DNA of 64,000 nt from Podarcis melisellensis (GCA_964234715.1 OZ174277.1), one strand, 5' to 3'; shown: positions 1 through 11,161, numbered from the stretch's first letter. A program made the numbers and translations. The notes: generated from the sequence alone by a model not told the origin.

Positions 1-256
1 GCACTTTATATTTTAGGGGCAGGGGGAGAAATGTTTTAAATCACAGCCAGGTAAACTTACACAGATGCACTGATTACGACCTTAACCGCCTCATAAATTA
101 TTTCCTGTGTTTTAGTATGTAAGCATCTTTCTGCATTTACTGTACTTTTTAAAAACTGCTTTTCTATTACTTTATTTTAATTTTTACTTTATGTGTGTTG
201 CGTGTCTCCAATAAGATAGCCTAGCAGCAGTGCTAGACCTGTTAATTCCTGCAGAA

Positions 257-1546
257 ATGGGGAAGCCGCTGAGCAGGCCAGACTGTTTACGCCAGAATCC
301 TCCTTGTGTAGGAAAAGGTGATGAAGAAGAAGAGGATATAAATATTGAGGACTGTTATGTTCCCCAGAGGTCAATCTATGACACAGTGCGGCTGAATGAA
401 CAGATTGACTCAGGTTCTAAAGGCAGCCTCTCTTCCAGGCATTTCTCAGATCGGACTTTGCCGTATAGTCATAGAACACTGGACCTTAGTACATTGTGCT
501 CCAATGGTGCCCTCTCCTCCTCTAGTGTCTTTGAACTCAGAGGACGGGAAGCCAATAAGCTAGATGAAAAAATGATCTTTGATGCCCTTAAGCTGAACAG
601 TGACATCATTCGAACAGCTGGCTTGCCCAAAGCAAAGTATCACACAGAAAAGAAAGAACATAGGAGATCCTGGAGGATGCTTGTCCCACCAAATTTTGCA
701 GACTATGGAAATAAAAGTGAGTGCTCACTTGCTGGGACTGTTGATGTGTCCGACTTAGCAGCAACAGGCCAGGTCAAATGTGGGACTAGTTCTCTAACTT
801 CCGAAGAAGACGACTCTGGTCTGTGCAGTCCTCCAGCAGAAAGAGAAGAAAAACAAGATGTGCTAGAAGGGGAACAAACTCAATTTAGGAGCATATCTTC
901 CATAGACGATAATCAGTTTGTAGGTAAATTTGGATCATTTTCTCCTACCATTTCTAGTAGTGAACATCAAATTTCATTGCTTACCTCCAGAAGTGCCCCT
1001 ACCAGTGGACACTGTCGAGTAAAATTGCAGAATGCTTTACATATAGAGCAAGAACCTTTCTGGAACTATAAGGGCAACCAAGGGGAAGGAGATGGACATT
1101 GCAGTCCACTGACATATTTGAAAGAAGACCTCTTAGCACTACCCCAATGGCTCCAGGATGGTGAGAGGGAACATGATTTCACTTTAGACAAAGAGGAAGT
1201 GAGGAACAGCGCTGAAGCCAATGAGCCATTAGACACCCAAGACAGGATGATTGAAAAGGACCTCCTGGATATTTCAACTCAGGATATAGATATTTATGAT
1301 GATGATGCAGCAGCTTTACATGCTAGTGATAAGGACTTAGTAAAATATGTGATTTTGCATGAAACTGAGGAAAGTAATATGGCCCATACAAGTGCAATAG
1401 AATTGTCCTGTCAGGCTTTAGAGGCTAATAATACCACATGCTGTCAAAAAGCAAATCCAATCAGCGCTGAATTCAGCTTTTGGACTACAGGCATGCAAAT
1501 AGAACAAACCTTGGATACAGTTTGCAATGGCATGTTGTCTTATAAG
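257..1546 (+). CDS. DST: KIAA0754-like alternative first coding exon of DST (430 aa, MGKPLSRPDC...MLSYK)
   Basis: 1290-nt open frame, Kozak gaaATGG, donor AAG|GTAATT in phase 0 matching the phase-0 exon at 5423. The N-terminal ~150 aa resemble KIAA0754 (recalled). Confidence 0.75.
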
Positions 1547-2907
1547 GTAATTCCAAACTTAAATGCATTCTTTTCATGCTGCAGGGTGGGTTATTTTTTA
1601 TTATTTTTCTTCTGTAATTGCATCATGAATGCTTATGTTTAGATTTTGCTAATCTACCCAAAGAGTTCCTTTAGAATCATTTGCCCAACAAGTTATTAGA
1701 AGGCAGAAATTGGCGAGATGGTCACTTCAGTAAATTGATTAAGGGCAGTTTGTGACAGGGTTGATTGCTTCCAGCTGTTTGGTTGCATGGCTATTTATTG
1801 CCCAGATGGTGCCTGTTACCCTTTATTTGGAATGCGTCCACTAGGCATTGATGTTCAGCACCCCCTCCTCCCCTCCTCTCAAATTATGTTTCAAGCAGGC
1901 AATGCCATTCAAGGGCAGATAGGCCTTCCCTATTCAGATTTAACCAGATTTCAGCTGCAGCCATATACTGTACACACTTTCATGGGAGTAAGGCCCATTA
2001 AACCCAATGGGCATGCTTCTTCTGAGCTGGCACGTATAGGATTGCACTGTTCATCATAAAGGTATATACAACGATGCTCAGATTGCTGCGGTTTCCAAAG
2101 TACACAGATTAAAGGCTTGTTGCACGTACCGAAATTATTTCCTTGCATCTTCATGCCAAAAAGTAGTCCTAAAGTTGTAGGGGATTTTTTACAAGAGATC
2201 TTGTAACATTTACTGAGCGGTGAATGAAGTAAGGAAGTAGAAAACAGCTTTGTAATAAGCATGGGGAGCTTGTGAAGTCTTTAATTTAATTTTGTTCTTT
2301 TTGTTTTTGGTCACTCTGATCTGGTTGTGTCTTGAGTTATTTTAGGACTTGTTGCTAAGCTGTTCTGGCAAACTCTAGCCTCAAGTCCTACTTTTGTGAG
2401 TGGGTATGTATATTTAAATAACAAATCAAGGGGAACAACTAGGTTTGGATTGTTATGGAATTGTCTTAAAAATATATGAACATCTGAAATAGAAGAGAGT
2501 TGGATTGAAGGACTGCGTTACTAGTTCCATGGGCCTAAACTGGAGCAGGACTTGTGTTTCTTACACAGCAACCTCAAATACAGGAAGCTTCTTTTGAAAG
2601 AGGGGGGAATTTCAAAAGTAGTTTATGGAACTGGGGTGTGTACATGTGCCTGCCTGTTTGATTGCCAAAGATACTACTGAGCTAACACTTGGGTATGTGT
2701 AAATTAGCTTTTGCATCCCAGCCCTTGTTTATTTCTCTAAAGTAAAGAGAACTTGCCCATATTATATATTTTTTTGTGGGAAAGGTAAGACCTGTTTGCT
2801 GTTTTCAACTACTTGGTTCCTCAGAACTCTGCTTTATAATGGCCCCCCTAACAAATCCCACAATGTCCTGCAAATAGGTAGTGCTATTGAGTGCAGCAAA
2901 AACAGCC

Positions 2908-2911
<4 letters not shown>

Positions 2912-2960
<49 letters not shown>

Positions 2961-2987
2961 TGTGTGTGTGTGTGTGTGTGTGTGTGT
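2912..2987. repeat. compound (GA)n(GT)n microsatellite
   Basis: direct read. Confidence 0.97.
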
Positions 2988-4252
2988 TCCTGGTTGCTAC
3001 TATGTAACACACCACCGTGTCTGAGGATTATTGCATGTAGTCTCAAACGTGTGTGAGCTGTCCATGTTCGGACTTAACTTCCTCGCTGCCTCTGCAAAAC
3101 CCCATTCTCCCGGTTATTTGTGTGAATTCAAGGCCTTGAGGAGAGATGGGTCACACACTGTCCTGTGTGTCAAATGTGCTTGCTGTGTGTTGAAGTGCTG
3201 GCTGCTGTTATGACGTAAACTTAGGTGTGAAAATGTGCTGTTTGCAGACTGTCCTAGAAAATCTGGGTTTCTTACACTATGTACATAGCAAGTTTCTGCT
3301 TTCCTATTAGTATCTTGCTTGACCATTTTGGTGTACAATTTATGTATCCTATCTTGGGGAGGCTTCTTATTATTTTTGTTTTCAATTATGTGAGCATAAA
3401 AATACTTAGGACTGATGTTGAAGTACATCTACTGTAAACATGCTTTATTTTCAGACTGTTCTAGGAATTTGGGTGTCCTGGGCTACCTGAGAGTCTAGGC
3501 TTCATAGGTTCTGAGAAATAACTTTAGCCATACTGAGGTACACTTGTAGTATCCCCATAACATTGTTTATATTCAGGGAATGATGTTACTAGTGGCAGCT
3601 GAAATATATATTCAGGATGTGAGCTATATTTGCTAGTAAAGCTATAATAATAAAGCTCAGTACAGTATTGCAATACAATGTCTTCACAATATTTTGCTGA
3701 CTATAGTGAAATTGCTGCCAAGGGACAGTGTCTGTAGTAGTAGAAGAAGAAAAAGAAAAAGAAGATTGGGGGGGGGGAGGGACTACTTCAAAGGTAAGAA
3801 GCTTTAAGACCACAGTTTGTATAGCCTGGGTTCATAATACCACCAACAGCATTTGATGCCTGTGGAATATTTTCTGTCACTAGCCATTGCAAGTCCTCAA
3901 GTGAACATCACTTAGGTTGATGGGTTGAGTTAACCTGCATTAGGATATCATTGTGTGAAGCGTCCCTGAATTTCTTGCCAATGAAGACCATCTGGGAAAT
4001 AAAGGGACATGGTCCCCACTGTTTTTCAGTATCTTCTAAAACAATATGATCATTACTAGTCTTATCTAGAAGGTGAATGCTGGTGTAGTTCCTTAGTCAC
4101 ATGATCAGCTCATTCTCCCAGGCCATTCCTGAGGTCCAGGCTCACCATGCTATAGTGGTCCCCAAATCATTGGATAGCGCTTGCATTTCTCCACTGTTCA
4201 GGACTGGGGCAGGTCCCTTCCTGCATGTGCCCAGCATCTCATTGCTCCCTTG

Positions 4253-4599
4253 CAGGGACGCAGACTTATAAAAAATATTGGGGGGGCCCGGGAAAGCTCA
4301 TGAATAATAAATAAGCTCATGAATATGCAAATAAAGTGGCGCCGCCTCCTCGTGAGCGAATAGGGGAGAGCGTGCTGCGCCTATTAATCAGCTCCAAAGG
4401 AAATTGGGTGGAGCTTTTGCTCGGGAGGGAGGGCAGGAGGCATGCAGCCCGCCCCTCCCTGTGCATTTTGGGCTGGGGGAGGGGCGGCGATGGCGCTCTG
4501 CTGGAGGGGCGCCGGAGATTATTGGGGGGGCCGAGCCCCCCCAAACGATTTTTTGAGGGGGCTCGGGCCCCCTCAAGCCCCATGGAGTCGGCGCCTATG
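4253..4599. mobile_element. non-autonomous hAT-type MITE
   Basis: 8-bp TSD CTCCCTTG (4245-4252, 4600-4607); imperfect TIRs CAGGGACGCAGACT / AGTCGGCGCCTATG; CpG-rich interior. Confidence 0.8.
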
Positions 4600-4689
4600 C
4601 TCCCTTGGTCTGTAGCGGCCACACTGTCCAACTCCAGCTCCTCCCAGTGAATAGTTTTAACTTTGACAAAGAAGTAGTGGTTACCATTA

Positions 4690-4935
4690 CAGTGACTGGC
4701 TTCAAAAAAGAATTAGACAAATTCACCGAAGATAGAGCTGTCAAAGGCTGCTAGCTATGATGGCTATGCTCTCTGTTGGAGGAAGTATGCTTCTGTACAC
4801 CAGAGTCACAAGTCCTTTTTGCACTCAAGTCCTGCTTTCAAGCTTCCCACAGGCATCTGGTTGGCCACTGTGAGAACAAGATGTTGGTCTAGATGGGCAT
4901 TTGGCATGATCCATCAGGGCTCTTACGTTTTTATG
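4690..4935 (+). mobile_element. CR1-type LINE 3' fragment (related copies ~19215-19520, ~23780-23970, ~36030-36258)
   Basis: shared motifs ttagacaaattc...tgtgagaacaggatg...ggactagatgg...ttatgttctta recur in several introns. Confidence 0.6.
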
Positions 4936-5422
4936 GGCTATTTGTGTCTGCTGGCCATGCACAAAGGATAACTGTTTGCACAGAGTTGCATAGCCCCAAG
5001 AAGAATGGGCTATTGTGAACAGATATCTGAACAATTACTACCCACAATATGTCATCCTCTTTAGTTTGACATAGGTGTCCACAACGTGTACCTTTTGCTT
5101 TAAATATTGTTTGAGCATCTGTATTAGGAAGATTCAGTATGGGGCACTATGTTTGTCTCTTCCTTTTAAATACAGTGCGTGTTTTTTTATGTAATAGCAG
5201 TTTCTTAACTCCTGTTTGGGTTAATGTGTATATAATTTAATTTTATATGTACACTCTGTAGCTAAATACTGTCTTTCAACACTATGTTCATGACATGCTG
5301 TGTGATTTTACTACTGATATCTGCTCTGGTCGTTACTTATGCTCAGCATGTTCCAGACTTAATAATCTAAATGTGCCTTTGCCTTTCTTTCTTTTTTTCT
5401 TTCTTTTCCTTTTGATCTGAAG

Positions 5423-5584
5423 GTATTCGAGAAGGAAAAGATTGAACCACTGCAGGTTAAGCAACAGGAGGTAAATTGGTTGGGTCAAGGCCTTATTCAG
5501 AGTGCTGCTAAAAATGCTAGTACTGATAACCTTGAGCGTGATCTTGAGGATGTTAACACAAGATGGAAAACTCTCAACAAAAAG
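5423..5584 (+). CDS. DST: DST exon (window exon 1), spectrin repeat [10 protein letters not shown]...WKTLNKK
   Basis: AG|...|GTATGT, phase 0-0. Confidence 0.95.
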
Positions 5585-5959
5585 GTATGTTAGTTGTATT
5601 TGCACTGTTGTTTACCTTTTTAGTTTGCTGTTGTTTTTGTTTTGCTCTTATTACTGATTTTCACTACAAAGTAGTACTATACATTATTGTAGTAGACTGC
5701 ATAATAAAATGCACAAAATCCCCAGTCCAGAACTCCATGTGTGCTCTGGTTCTTATGTAGAGCTCCTACAGAAGCAGACTACCCTTTGTCACATGGGTAC
5801 CCTGTCATTTTAATGTCTATGGAAAGAAACCTGTAGAAAGTCAAAAGCCTAAAGGAAATAGAGGATTGCAAAACATAATTCATGGTGTTTCTGTGTCATG
5901 CTGATTGAAGCAAAATGCCTACTCAACTGTCTTCAGCCCTGTTTAGGGAAGTTTTTAAT

Positions 5960-6130
5960 AACTGATGTTTTAATGTATTTTTAATCTTTCGTTGGAAGCT
6001 GCCCAGAGTGGCTGGGGAAACCCAGCCAGATGGGTGGGATATAAATTAAAATTATATTATATTATATTATATTATATTATATTATATTATATTATATTAT
6101 ATTATATTATATTATATTATATTATATTAT
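5960..6130 (+). repeat. LINE (L2-like) 3' end with (ATTAT)n tail
   Basis: gttggaagctgcccagagtggctggggaaacccagcc followed by ~16 ATTAT units (6051-6130); family assignment tentative. Confidence 0.6.
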
Positions 6131-6468
6131 GTCCAAATAAAGATGCATGCATTCAAGAGGCACATGAAGTACTTAGGCTTCCCTGGGGATTATCCCTAGA
6201 CAGGTCTACCTCACACTTTGTTCACCTATGACCTACTGCTACAAAATGTTGTATTGTTCATACCTGTATTAAGACAATTTTAATTATTTGCCGAAGTGCA
6301 CAGAATGTCACTCAAGTCAGTGAAGAGCTTCATAGTTTAGGAGTTGCTAGCCTTAAATTGTTCTTATTTTCCCTAGGGGTTGTTTGATTGACTGGAAAGA
6401 TGGAAAGAGGTATTGTGGGAAGAGGATAATATTTACAATGTTTTGTTTTGTTTTGTTTTGTTTGTTAG

Positions 6469-6639
6469 GTTGCTCAAAGAGCAGCCCAGTTGCAAGAGGC
6501 ACTGCTCCACTGTGGGAGGTTTCAAGATGCTGTCGAATCTATCCTTAGCTGGCTTATTGACACAGAAGACCTTGTGGCTAATCAGAAGCCTCCATCTGCT
6601 GAGTTCAAAGTTGTGAAGGCCCAAATACAGGAACAGAAA
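6469..6639 (+). CDS. DST: DST exon 2 [10 protein letters not shown]...QIQEQK
   Basis: TAG|...|GTGAGT, phase 0-0. Confidence 0.95.
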
Positions 6640-9084
6640 GTGAGTGGAAGTTAGTTATCTATCTTTAGATTAATTATATTTTCTCTGTCACCTGCTCAGT
6701 GGGGTATTTTAAACTGTTTTTAAAGCTGTGTGTTAATGTTGTAACCCACCCGGGGCCTTAGGATGAATAGTGGGTAATTAATAACAGTAATAACATGTGA
6801 CGGCCTGGATAACAGTGTGGCTGAGTGTGTATTAGACGTGCGCTATAAGAGGTGCAGTTGCAAAAGAACCTGAAAAAAATACCTTTCCATAGTCTCTGTC
6901 ATCCCATCACTTAGGATGGTTGTCATGGATGCTTCTGTGGGGGATGTGTTTGGCTTTTTTCAGGGGAAGGGCAAATTTTCTCAACCCAATCTGTGAAATT
7001 CTCTTTAAAGATTTGCCCTTTGATACTTTCATTTTGGAATTCTCCACTCATTTTAACAGAGGCATCCAGACTGTAGCATATTAGTGGGACAGGATCTGTT
7101 AGTCCTGCCTTTTACTTGTATGGCTCGGATTCAGTGGTAGACAGCGGGTTTTCCTGGGGGAAAGTGGCTAGGCAAGCGGAAGTGTGGGATGAGCCCTAAA
7201 TTGCTTTGGTTCATTCAATGAGAAAAGTGACCAAGAAATATAACAAATAGTTGGTATGTAAATTTATATCCAGCTCTTCTTTCACCATGGAACTCAATGG
7301 CGTTCCCAGGCAGCCTCCCATCCAGGCATTGATTGCATCCTTTGTCCGGGGAAATGTGGATTTCTTCACTTCTTTGGGAAATGCAGGGAGCTGGTGCAGA
7401 CTGGGAGGGACAGAGGCCATGTATAGCACAAACAATCATTTCATTGGACCAGTTTTCTGTATATATTGCAAGGAAAACTCTGGGATATCTGTGCTGGTTC
7501 TTGGCATCATTTCATGCACATGTACATTTCACTGGATGCACATCAAAAACAATTATTTCAAGGATCAAAAGCAATCTGATGTTTGAAAAGACATCACTGA
7601 TATTATGAAAAGGGGCAGGGGGAAGAACATTGTAGAGCTACTCCCTTAAGTTGAAATAAAGTTCAAAATTTTGTCAGGGCTTCAATCCTCCTTCATCATT
7701 TTGACAACCCTCCACCCCACCCCTTCTCAGCTAATCTCTTTTTCCCATATAGGCCATTCAGTGTGGACTTATACGAGTTGCCTATACATATGGGTTAGCA
7801 AGGGATGAAATCTGTGCCTGGTGTCAGCTTCTGCTCCACCCCTTACTTCCTGACTTCCGTCTCTAGAGTTTTGTAGAATCTGTTTTGATTTAGGGTAACA
7901 TCTTGGTGTGCCTGTATCTTCAGTTAATAATGTCAAACACCCCTGCTTCAAATTGTTCAACAATTGTTTGTAACACGGTTGCTGATGGATTGTTAGACCC
8001 TCACTTAAAAGGGGGGGGGGAGAGAAGGTTCATATTAAATATTGAATTGGCAGTTGTGGAGTAAATACAGCACATCAAACTCTGTAACCAGATCCATAAT
8101 TACTTTCCTGTTCAAAATAAATGTATGAGCAAGGGAAGAGCAGGTCACAGCATGCACAGCATCAGAGAGACGTTGTGCTCTCTGAGCAGTCTTAACAAAA
8201 GGCAGTAGGAGAGAGAAGGGGGGGGGGTTGGCTGAAACATAGAAGGCAACCCTCAGGGAAGAGCACTGCATGAAGCTTAGTGAATCAAGTCCTCAGGTTG
8301 TCTGGCCAAAGTGAGTATCCAAAGTTGCAGCTGCGCGCAACATAATAATCTCCAAAATGATCATATGTTTGTACTGAAAATTTGGGACAGAATCCAGAGA
8401 ATGTTATAACATGTTTGATTCCCTATTAAAATAATTTGGTCTTAGGCGCATCATTAAGCCCTGAATTGTGTTCATCTTATTGAATGCGGCCACAAGTGTT
8501 TTGAAAGGTGAGCACTATATAAACAAACAGATATTTCTCTGGATTGCAGTGGATAGTTGCAAACATCACCAGGGTATTGAAAAGATGGGGAGGGTTCTTA
8601 TGTGAAGTGGAAAATTTCCCATCTTTTCTTTTTCCAAAATGGAAAAGCTTCCCCAAAAGTTCCCAGCACTGTCATGTGTTATAAAATGTCCCACTGTGAT
8701 TCCCCCCTCTTCCTGCACGTGTCAACATCATACCTCATATAAGACATATATATCTGTAGCCCTTCCAGAGCTTCCAGGATAGCATTGAAAAGAAATCTGA
8801 ATGAAAACATTTGGAAGGATGCTAGACCTTTACAACCGATGCTAAGATTGGCACAGTTTGCTCGCTCTCATAATGAAATTACTTATTTATGCAATTTATG
8901 GCACTTGCATTGTAAGACTGCAGGCACCCTCACAATTTCCTGCCATCTCAGAAAATTGTTCCCTTAAGCCTGCCTCTTTTTGCCAGTAAACAAGACCTTG
9001 AAGAATCTGCCTCTTAATCTTTTTACAGCCTTGTAGTGAACAGTCATTTCCTGGCAATTTGATTTTTGATTATTTTGTCTCCAG

Positions 9085-9251
9085 CTTCTCCAGAGATTGC
9101 TGGATGACCGCAGACCCACTGTTGAACTAATCAAGCGTGAAGGGGAGAAAATTGCAGAGTCAGCAGAGCCCGCTGATAAAGAGAAGATCTTGAAACAGCT
9201 GAGCCTCCTGGATAGCAGATGGGATGCACTGCTTGATAAAGCAGAAACAAG
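9085..9251 (+). CDS. DST: DST exon 3 [10 protein letters not shown]...KAETR
   Basis: CAG|...|GTACCT, phase 0-2. Confidence 0.93.
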
Positions 9252-9291
9252 GTACCTGAAATGTTTGCATTCACTTAGGGGTACAGTAGGG

Positions 9292-10620
9292 CAGTGTTTC
9301 CCAACCGGTGTTCCGGGGCACACTAGTGTGCCGCGAGACGTTGCCTGGTGTGCCGTGGGAGGGAGGCGGGCGAGTCGGGCGGCGGGAGCAAGGCTTGCGG
9401 GCGGCAGCTGGCAGCGCGGAGCACGGGGCGCCCTTCGGAGGACGCCCCGTGCTCCGCGCTGGTGTCGACAAGCCTTGCACACCCGGGGGATCTCCCCCCG
9501 AGAGCGCAAGGCTTGCGGGCGGCAGCTGGCAGCGCGGAGCACGGGGTGCCCTTCGGAGGACGCCCCGTGCTCCGCGCTGGTGTCGGCAAGCCTTGCGCAC
9601 CCGGGGGATCTCCCCCCGAGAGCGCAAGGTTTGTGGGCAGAAGCCGGGAGCACGGGGCGCCCTTTGGAGGACGCCCCGTGCTCCGCGCTGCTGTTGGCCA
9701 GCCTTGCGCACCCGGGGGATCTCCCCCCGAGAGCGCAAGGCTTGCGGGCGGCAGCTGGCAGCGCGGAGCACGGGGCGCCCTTCGGAGGACGCCCCGTGCT
9801 CCGCGCTGGTGTCGACAAGCCTTGCACACCCGGGGGATCTCCCCCCGAGAGCGCAAGGCTTGCGGGCGGCAGCTGGCAGCGCGGAGCACGGGGTGCCCTT
9901 CGGAGGACGCCCCGTGCTCCGCGCTGGTGTCGGCAAGCCTTGCGCACCCGGGGGATCTCCCCCCGAGAGCGCAAGGTTTGTGGGCAGAAGCCGGGAGCAC
10001 GGGGCGCCCTTTGGAGGACGCCCCGTGCTCCGCGCTGCTGTTGGCCAGCCTTGCGCACCCGGGGGATCTCCCCCCGAGAGCGCAAGGCTTGCGGGCGGCA
10101 GCTGGCAGCGCGGAGCACGGGGCGCCCTTCGGAGGACGCCCCGTGCTCCGCACTCGTGTTGGCAAGCCTTGCGCACCCGGGGGGCGCGTGGGGCACCCTG
10201 AAACAGAGGGTTCCCCATGCTGCGGACTGTAGCCTGCCGCCCGACGCGCGGGGCGCCCTGAAGCAGAGCGCCCCTCGCGCCAGGCAGACATGGGCCAGCC
10301 CCACAAGCTCGGGGGACAGCGGGGAGGCGCAGCACCGCCATCCCACTGTTCCCCGACCTGGTTTGGGGGGGGGGGAAATAAAGGAAAACAAAATTTCCTT
10401 TATTTCCCCCCCCAAAAAAGTAGGTGCGTCCTATTTCATAATAAAGTAATTATAAAATACTTTCTTTGTGTTTATTTGATGCCTATTAAAGAGAGTTACT
10501 TTATATATAGTCAATATAGGCACACAGTTAATTTTTTAAACATTTTCTAATGGTGGTGTGCCTCAAGATTTTTTTCATGAAACAAGTGTGCCTTTGCCCA
10601 AAAAAGGTTGGGAAACACTG
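9292..10620. mobile_element. non-autonomous hAT (Charlie-like) element with internal GC-rich tandem array
   Basis: perfect 15-bp TIRs CAGTGTTTCCCAACC / GGTTGGGAAACACTG; 8-bp TSD CAGTAGGG (9284-9291, 10621-10628). Confidence 0.92.
9388..10184. repeat. GC-rich minisatellite, 118/118/111-bp units forming a 347-bp higher-order repeat
   Basis: unit starts at 9388, 9506, 9624, 9735, 9853, 9971, 10082. Confidence 0.95.
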
Positions 10621-11001
10621 CAGTAGGGTGTACTCCTTGATACAGCATTAGAAACTAATTTGAAACTGTAGCAACATTTTCATCCAGTTAACTGTAAGAT
10701 TCACATTTGAAGCTAAATGAGAAAATATCTCTGAGTATATTATAAGTTTTATTTTTAGAAATTTCAGTGAAATAGTATGGGGAAATCAGTATCACATAAT
10801 CACCCGTTCTTGTAGTAAAGTGGATCTCTCCCATAATCTTCCATTTATGGGAACTACTTTTAGGTGTAGTTCAGAGATTTTCAAAGTAATTCATTGAACA
10901 TAATAAAACTGAAGTAGTTCTTTCCAAGCGCTGGTTTTAACTTTTTAGTATTTCATACATCCCTCATCCCACAAAATGTGCTTTGTTTTCACATATTGTA
11001 G

Positions 11002-11161
11002 GAATCGTCAGTTGGAAGGTATCTCAGCTGTAGCACAGCAATTCCATGAAACTTTAGAGCCACTGGTTGAGTGGCTAACCATCACTGAAAAGAGGCTTTC
11101 AAATTCAGAACCCATTGGAACACAGGCTTCCAAACTACAACAGCAGATTTCTCAACATAAA
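11002..11161 (+). CDS. DST: DST exon 4 NRQLEGIS...ISQHK
   Basis: TAG|...|GTAAGA, phase 2-0. Confidence 0.95.

Noticed and set aside
3146-3193. Small ORF MGHTLSCVSNVLAVC resembling an acylated N-terminus
   Set aside because: Stops after 15 codons and has no convincing splice donor; probably chance.
7260-7586. ORF with perfect Kozak (caccATGG, 7287) and a short stretch resembling reverse-strand 5S rRNA (ttcccaggcagcctcccatcca)
   Set aside because: The ORF has no recognisable homology. The ~30-nt 5S-like match is degenerate and best explained as a SINE remnant, not an rRNA gene.
9388-10184. CRISPR-like array of palindromic repeats
   Set aside because: No unique spacers, no cas genes, eukaryotic intron, and enclosed by hAT TIRs/TSD.
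8964-10449. Six overlapping long ORFs (294-483 aa) on both strands
   Set aside because: Artefact of a very GC-rich palindromic tandem repeat lacking stop codons; only 9085-9251 is a real exon, and there are no transposase motifs.
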